DNA of 11,396 bases from Candidatus Micrarchaeia archaeon (lineage in GTDB: Archaea > Micrarchaeota > Micrarchaeia > Norongarragalinales > UBA8480): the NCBI GenBank assembly GCA_039794045.1, contig JBAMLY010000012.1, positions 21,488 through 32,883 of the forward strand, written 5' to 3'. Made by a program: the position numbers and the translations under genes. This document shows positions 8,296 to 11,396 of this stretch, piece by piece (position 1 is the stretch's first letter; every line of letters begins with the position of its first letter). The notes under the pieces were generated by a model. That model did not search any database. It had not been told where the DNA came from and saw only the letters and a list, made by a program, of their open reading frames with translations.

Positions 8296-8352
8296 TTGAA
8301 CCCTCGACCCCCTCCTTACCATGGAGGTGCTCTACCCCTGAGCTACAGAGGC
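8281..8352 (-). tRNA. tRNA-Thr(GGU)
   Basis: GCCTCTG TA GCTC AGGGGTA GAGC A CCTCC ATGGTAA GGAGG GGGTC GAGGG TTCAATT CCCTC CAGGGGC T forms a full cloverleaf with anticodon GGT and discriminator U. CCA is not encoded, and U-tracts follow. Confidence 0.97.
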
Positions 8353-8437
8353 GCACTTTTTTGCTCGTCGTTCGTCGCTGGCGCTCCCACCAAACACAAA
8401 ATTAACCAAAAATGATTTGCAGTAAAACAAATTTGCG

Positions 8438-8453
8438 CGAGAAGCTATAAAAA
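8438..8453 (+). promoter_or_regulatory. BRE/TATA promoter for rpl40e (probably also tRNA-Leu)
   Basis: CGAGAAGC followed by TATAAAAA (8446-8453), upstream of ATG 8510. Confidence 0.6.
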
Positions 8454-8509
8454 CTCTTTCGCGCAAAACAATTTCACTCTACAACGCCAAAAAAAAGAGC
8501 TGGTACTAA

Positions 8510-8668
8510 ATGGGAAAATTTCCGATAGCAGACCGCACCCTGTTAAACGTGTGGATCTGCAAGAAATGCAAGGCACGCAACGCCCCACGCGCCGAACGCT
8601 GCAGAAAATGCGGTTACACTCACTTGCGCCCCAAACGCGCCAGAAAAAAGGAAGCCAAAGGCAAGTAA
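8510..8668 (+). CDS. rpl40e: 50S ribosomal protein L40e (52 aa; absent from the ORF track)
   Basis: [52 protein letters not shown] has the archaeal L40e pattern ICxxCxARN...CRKCGY..LRPK. Confidence 0.96.
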   Translation: MGKFPIADRTLLNVWICKKCKARNAPRAERCRKCGYTHLRPKRARKKEAKGK

Positions 8669-8735
8669 ACCAACACCACCCTTCCCTGAAAAAAAAGAAA
8701 TTGCCGGGCGCGGGCGCCAAAAAAACATTTCGAAC

Positions 8736-8862
8736 GCAGGGGTGCCGGAGCCCGGAAAACGGGGGAGGCTTAAGACCTCCTGGCCCAGCGCCTACAAGGG
8801 TTCAAAACCAGCTTCCTTTCTTTTCAAAGAAAAGGAGGTTGGGGGAATTCCCTTCCCCTGCA
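8736..8862 (+). tRNA. tRNA-Leu(UAA) with a 42-nt intron in the T-loop
   Basis: Acceptor stem GCAGGGG/CCCCTGC plus A73, anticodon arm GGAGG CT TAA GA CCTCC, long variable arm, and T-stem AAGGG (8796-8800) / CCCTT (8850-8854). Removing 8807-8848 gives T-loop TTCAAAT and an 85-nt tRNA. Confidence 0.93.
8807..8848 (+). other. Non-canonical tRNA intron (position 59/60), relaxed bulge-helix-bulge
   Basis: Bulges AAA (8805-8807) and ATT (8847-8849), central helix TTCA/GGGA (3 pairs plus an A.G mismatch), and a 12-bp intron stem CCAGCTTCCTTT/AAAGGAGGTTGG. Confidence 0.85.
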
Positions 8863-8865
8863 CTG

Positions 8866-8902
8866 CCGGCGGCAGTCGCCGCAAGCGCCGCCGCCGGTTT
8901 TT
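8866..8902 (+). terminator. GC hairpin plus U-tract after tRNA-Leu
   Basis: CCGGCGGC (8866-8873) pairs with GCCGCCGG (8890-8897), followed by TTTTT. Confidence 0.55.
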
Positions 8903-8943
8903 CTCGCCAACTTTTTTATTTCCAGCGAGCGACAGCTAGTTAA

Positions 8944-9489
8944 ATGAAACTCGGCACGCAACACAAGACGCTGCTCGCAGGCGCGACTGCATTCATTGCC
9001 TGCACAGCGCTCGCCATAGCCTTCTACCCCCACTACGACTTCTGGGGACAGTTTTTCAGCGAGCTAGGCGTCTGGCGCGCCAGCAAGTTGTCAGCGTTCT
9101 TCTTCAACTCCGGCTTGGCTTTGACTGCCTTGTTCCTTGCAGTGTTTTTCTTTTCCTTGAAGAACAAGGGCTTGCTTCGCACCACAACAAGATTTCTTGG
9201 GGCAGCAAGCGCGTTCGCCTTAATAGGAGTCGCGGTTTTCTCCCTGGACTCCTCAACCGAATTACACTACTTTTTCGCTCTCGCTTTCTTTGCCGCTTTC
9301 GGGCTAGCTCTCGCCTGCCTCTTCCTGCAAAAAGCCTTGGAAGAAAAAGCAGGAAAAGCTTTAACGGCCTTGTTCGCTGGCGCGGCGTTGAGCGCGGCAA
9401 TGCTCGCCGCTTCACTGCAGCCTTGGGCGCAGAAGGCAACCGTGGCCTTCTACGGCGCGTGTTTGCTCGCGCTAGCGTTCAAAGAATAA
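8944..9489 (+). CDS. DUF998-like multi-pass membrane protein (181 aa)
   Basis: About 5-6 hydrophobic segments. YPHYDFWGQFFSELG...FFNSGL...LHYFFA matches the Y...SELG...FN.G...H pattern I associate with DUF998. Confidence 0.7.
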   Translation: MKLGTQHKTLLAGATAFIACTALAIAFYPHYDFWGQFFSELGVWRASKLSAFFFNSGLALTALFLAVFFFSLKNKGLLRTTTRFLGAASAFALIGVAVFSLDSSTELHYFFALAFFAAFGLALACLFLQKALEEKAGKALTALFAGAALSAAMLAASLQPWAQKATVAFYGACLLALAFKE

Positions 9490-9522
9490 GCTGCAACGCC
9501 AAAAAAACAATTCAGGCAACGT

Positions 9523-10383
9523 TCAGGCAACACGCGAGAACTCTTCATAGTACTGCGAAACCTTTGCCACGTAATTCTTCGTTTCCGGGAAAGGCACGTT
9601 GCAAGAGTACTTGCGCGCCGCGCTCGGCCCAGCATTGTAAGCTGCTGCCGCGCACTCCCACGAACCAAATTTTTCGAACATCAACTTCAAGTAGAGAGCG
9701 CCAGCGCAAACGTTTTTTTTCGGGTCCAAGATGTTTACTTCGTCTCGAGAGCCGGCAACCACTCCTTGAACGCGGCACTCGCTAGTGCAAGCCAAGCAAT
9801 TAGTTGTTCCGTCCCTGCACTTGACGCAAACCGGGTTTGAAACCAAGCCAAGTTCTTTCGCAGTGCAAGGCATTAACTGCATTAACCCGCGCGCGCCAAC
9901 CAAAGACACTGCGTTAGCGTTAAAGTTGCTTTCAACCCTGGCGTGCGCGCGCAACCTGTCAGCGGGAACGCCGTACTGCTCGCCGCACTCCCTAAAAATA
10001 GAGTCATAAGCGGTCGCAACAGCGTTGCTTGCAGGCTTGAAGTCAGAACGCAGTTCCCGCGAGAGACTACTCGGCGAAGGCGACGGCTCGCCCGGAACAC
10101 CGAGAACCCTAACAACTTCTTCTTCTGTCGGAGCCCTTCTAACCCGCGAGCCCTCAAAAAAAAAGTCGCCTACGAAAGCAGTAACCCCGAAAGCACAAAA
10201 GCCTTGCCCGTCAACGTTCAAGAAATAGCACGGCGAAGCACAGTCGGCAGGAGAGTTCACTGAAGACTTCGCGCAAGACGGGAAAACAGTCTGCTGGCCT
10301 TCCAAAGAGCCTGCCGCGAAAACAATTCCCGCCGAAAGCAAGACAAGCGCAGAAACGAAAGCCAAAACAATCCTGCCGCGCAT
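9523..10383 (-). CDS. Secreted lytic transglycosylase (SLT domain, GH23), Cys-rich (286 aa)
   Basis: Signal peptide MRGRIVLAFVSALVLLSAGIVFA. SLT motifs: VESNFNANAVS (catalytic Glu), GARGLMQLMP, DPKKNVCAGALYL, AAYNAGP, FPETKNYVAKV. Confidence 0.93.
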   Translation of the reverse strand: MRGRIVLAFVSALVLLSAGIVFAAGSLEGQQTVFPSCAKSSVNSPADCASPCYFLNVDGQGFCAFGVTAFVGDFFFEGSRVRRAPTEEEVVRVLGVPGEPSPSPSSLSRELRSDFKPASNAVATAYDSIFRECGEQYGVPADRLRAHARVESNFNANAVSLVGARGLMQLMPCTAKELGLVSNPVCVKCRDGTTNCLACTSECRVQGVVAGSRDEVNILDPKKNVCAGALYLKLMFEKFGSWECAAAAYNAGPSAARKYSCNVPFPETKNYVAKVSQYYEEFSRVA

Positions 10384-10409
10384 GAAAAATACTTGCGAGC
10401 GCCACGTAT

Positions 10410-10997
10410 TTATTCTTTGCCTGCAGGCTTGCAGAGAAAAGACAAATAACCAGTGTGCGTCAAACCCTTCGTGGCAGGACGGCAACCATAATCGCGCACG
10501 AGCATCTCGCGCACGCCCACCTCAATAGTGCGCTCGTGCTCGAACCCAATCCTTTCCCCTTCTAAAACAAATGCCTTGAATTGCTCGAAGCAAGGAAAGT
10601 AGCCCACGCACTTGCCGCCAGGCCTCAACGCCGCAAAAGCATTCGAGAGAGCCTTCTCAGACCCAGCAAGGTCAAGCGCCACCAAGTCAACGTTTTTCTC
10701 ACTGATTTCCTCGAAAACATTGCCGCGCTTCACCACGACGACGCCCTCCAAGCCCGCCCGCTTCACGTTTTCTTCCGCCAGCAACGCGAATTCCTCGCGC
10801 ACCTCGTAAGAAAAAACCTTGCCGGAAGGCGCGACAATCGAGCCCAAGTAGCACGCAAGCCACCCGCTTCCAGCGCCAGCGTCCACGACCAAGTCACCAG
10901 ACTGCAAGCCAGTAAACGCACTCACGAACGCGGCATCCTTCAACGTAACCACTTGCGGCCCACGCTTCAGCTTCCCTTGAACCACGAAATCAAACAA
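10410..10997 (-). CDS. trmI: tRNA (adenine-57/58-N1)-methyltransferase, catalytic domain only (about 195 aa)
   Basis: KRGPQVVTLKD, VVDAGAGSG (SAM motif I), GKVFSYEVREEF, VDLVALDL, YFPCFEQ, RP...LTHTGYLSF. Start inferred at TTG 10997 behind a GGTG SD-like sequence; GTG 11057 is the alternative. Confidence 0.9.
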   Translation of the reverse strand: MFDFVVQGKLKRGPQVVTLKDAAFVSAFTGLQSGDLVVDAGAGSGWLACYLGSIVAPSGKVFSYEVREEFALLAEENVKRAGLEGVVVVKRGNVFEEISEKNVDLVALDLAGSEKALSNAFAALRPGGKCVGYFPCFEQFKAFVLEGERIGFEHERTIEVGVREMLVRDYGCRPATKGLTHTGYLSFLCKPAGKE

Positions 10998-11063
10998 GAA
11001 ACCACACCATTCCCCCAACCAAACAAAACGCGAGCGCAAGAAATCAAAGCAATTCACTGCTTC

Positions 11064-11129
11064 TCAACAGCAACAACACTTCCTTTTACTCCCACTCTTT
11101 TTTCTCGCAACTTTCTTCTTTGCAGCCAA
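11064..11129 (-). CDS. Lys-rich micropeptide 2, MAAKKKVARKKSGSKRKCCCC (21 aa)
   Basis: TTG start 6 nt after GGTGGGTG. Shares GTGTTGGCTG(T/C)AAAG at the start and TGTTGA at the end with micropeptide 1. Confidence 0.5.
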   Translation of the reverse strand: MAAKKKVARKKSGSKRKCCCC

Positions 11130-11212
11130 CACCAACACCCACCAAAAAAACAAACACGAACCACAAAACAAATAAAAAGAAAAAAAAGAAGAGCGAATAA
11201 ACGAAAAAGCAC

Positions 11213-11272
11213 TCAACACCTCTTTTTTCCAGCTTTCTTTTTAGCGCTCTTCTTCTTAGCCTTTACAGCCAA
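11213..11272 (-). CDS. Lys-rich micropeptide 1, MAVKAKKKSAKKKAGKKRC (19 aa)
   Basis: Strong SD AAGGAGGTG ending 7 nt before TTG, TATA-like TTTTTAT at 11328-11322, and a long U-rich tract downstream (11210-11161). Confidence 0.65.
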   Translation of the reverse strand: MAVKAKKKSAKKKAGKKRC

Positions 11273-11345
11273 CACTTTCCACCTCCTTGGAACAACTAAG
11301 CCTACAAAAACAACTCGCCACATAAAAAGCTTGCGCTCGCAAAAA

Positions 11346-11387
11346 CAACCTCCTTTCTTTTCTTGAAAAAGAAAAGAAAGTACGTTG
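11346..11387. repeat. Intergenic hairpin similar to the tRNA-Leu intron
   Basis: Perfect 10-bp stem CTTTCTTTTC/GAAAAGAAAG with outer CAAC/GTTG. caacctcctttcttttc matches intron cagcttcctttcttttc at 15 of 17 positions. Confidence 0.6.
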
Positions 11388-11396
11388 ACGAGTCAA

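Noticed and set aside
8135..8356. N-terminal extension of the kinase-like ORF (track start 8356)
   Set aside because: It runs through tRNA-Thr and its U-tracts. An SD and TTG lie just before the kinase motifs.
8703..8897. Pairing of the GC-rich leader (8703-8717) with the tRNA-Leu trailer, as in split or permuted tRNAs
   Set aside because: Complementarity is imperfect, the trailer pairs better with itself, and the tRNA is complete and in normal order.
11054..11212. 52-aa hydrophobic ORF on - (MLFRLFALLFFLFICFVV...), whose TGA overlaps GTG 11057
   Set aside because: Its hydrophobicity follows from the T-rich spacer and it overlaps micropeptide 2, which has paralogy support. Not fully excluded: it has a nearby GAGGTG and a GTGA overlap.
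11064..11215. Cys-TGA endings read as Cys-Sec (selenocysteine)
   Set aside because: No SECIS-like hairpin or Sec machinery is visible, and TGA serves as an ordinary stop in the transglycosylase gene.
11273..11323. In-frame ATG extending micropeptide 1 to 36 aa
   Set aside because: That ATG overlaps the TATA-like box, and the strong SD is optimally spaced for the TTG at 11272.
11385..11396. TTGAC-GA-GTCAA palindrome at the window edge
   Set aside because: Only a 5-bp arm and its context is cut off, so it cannot be assigned as an operator or element end.

Overview
Archaeal chromosomal window. Evidence: rpl40e, tRNA genes without encoded CCA, a bulge-helix-bulge tRNA intron, TATA-type promoters and an archaeal-type TrmI. 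A DPANN lineage such as Micrarchaeota is my inference, not proven. From left to right: two genes with class III (type IV pilin-like) signal peptides; a disordered protein with a MinD-type membrane helix and a FYVE-like C8 zinc finger; a small membrane protein; a 1303-aa secreted, C-terminally anchored protein; a hypothetical protein; a degenerate protein-kinase-like gene; tRNA-Thr(GGU) with its 3' end duplicated around a hairpin; rpl40e; tRNA-Leu(UAA) with a 42-nt T-loop (59/60) intron; a DUF998-like protein; a secreted Cys-rich lytic transglycosylase; a short TrmI; and two tandem paralogous Lys-rich, Cys-terminated micropeptide ORFs absent from the ORF track. The most notable items are the micropeptides, the peptidoglycan-lytic enzyme in an archaeon, and the similarity of the tRNA intron to a free intergenic hairpin at 11346-11387.
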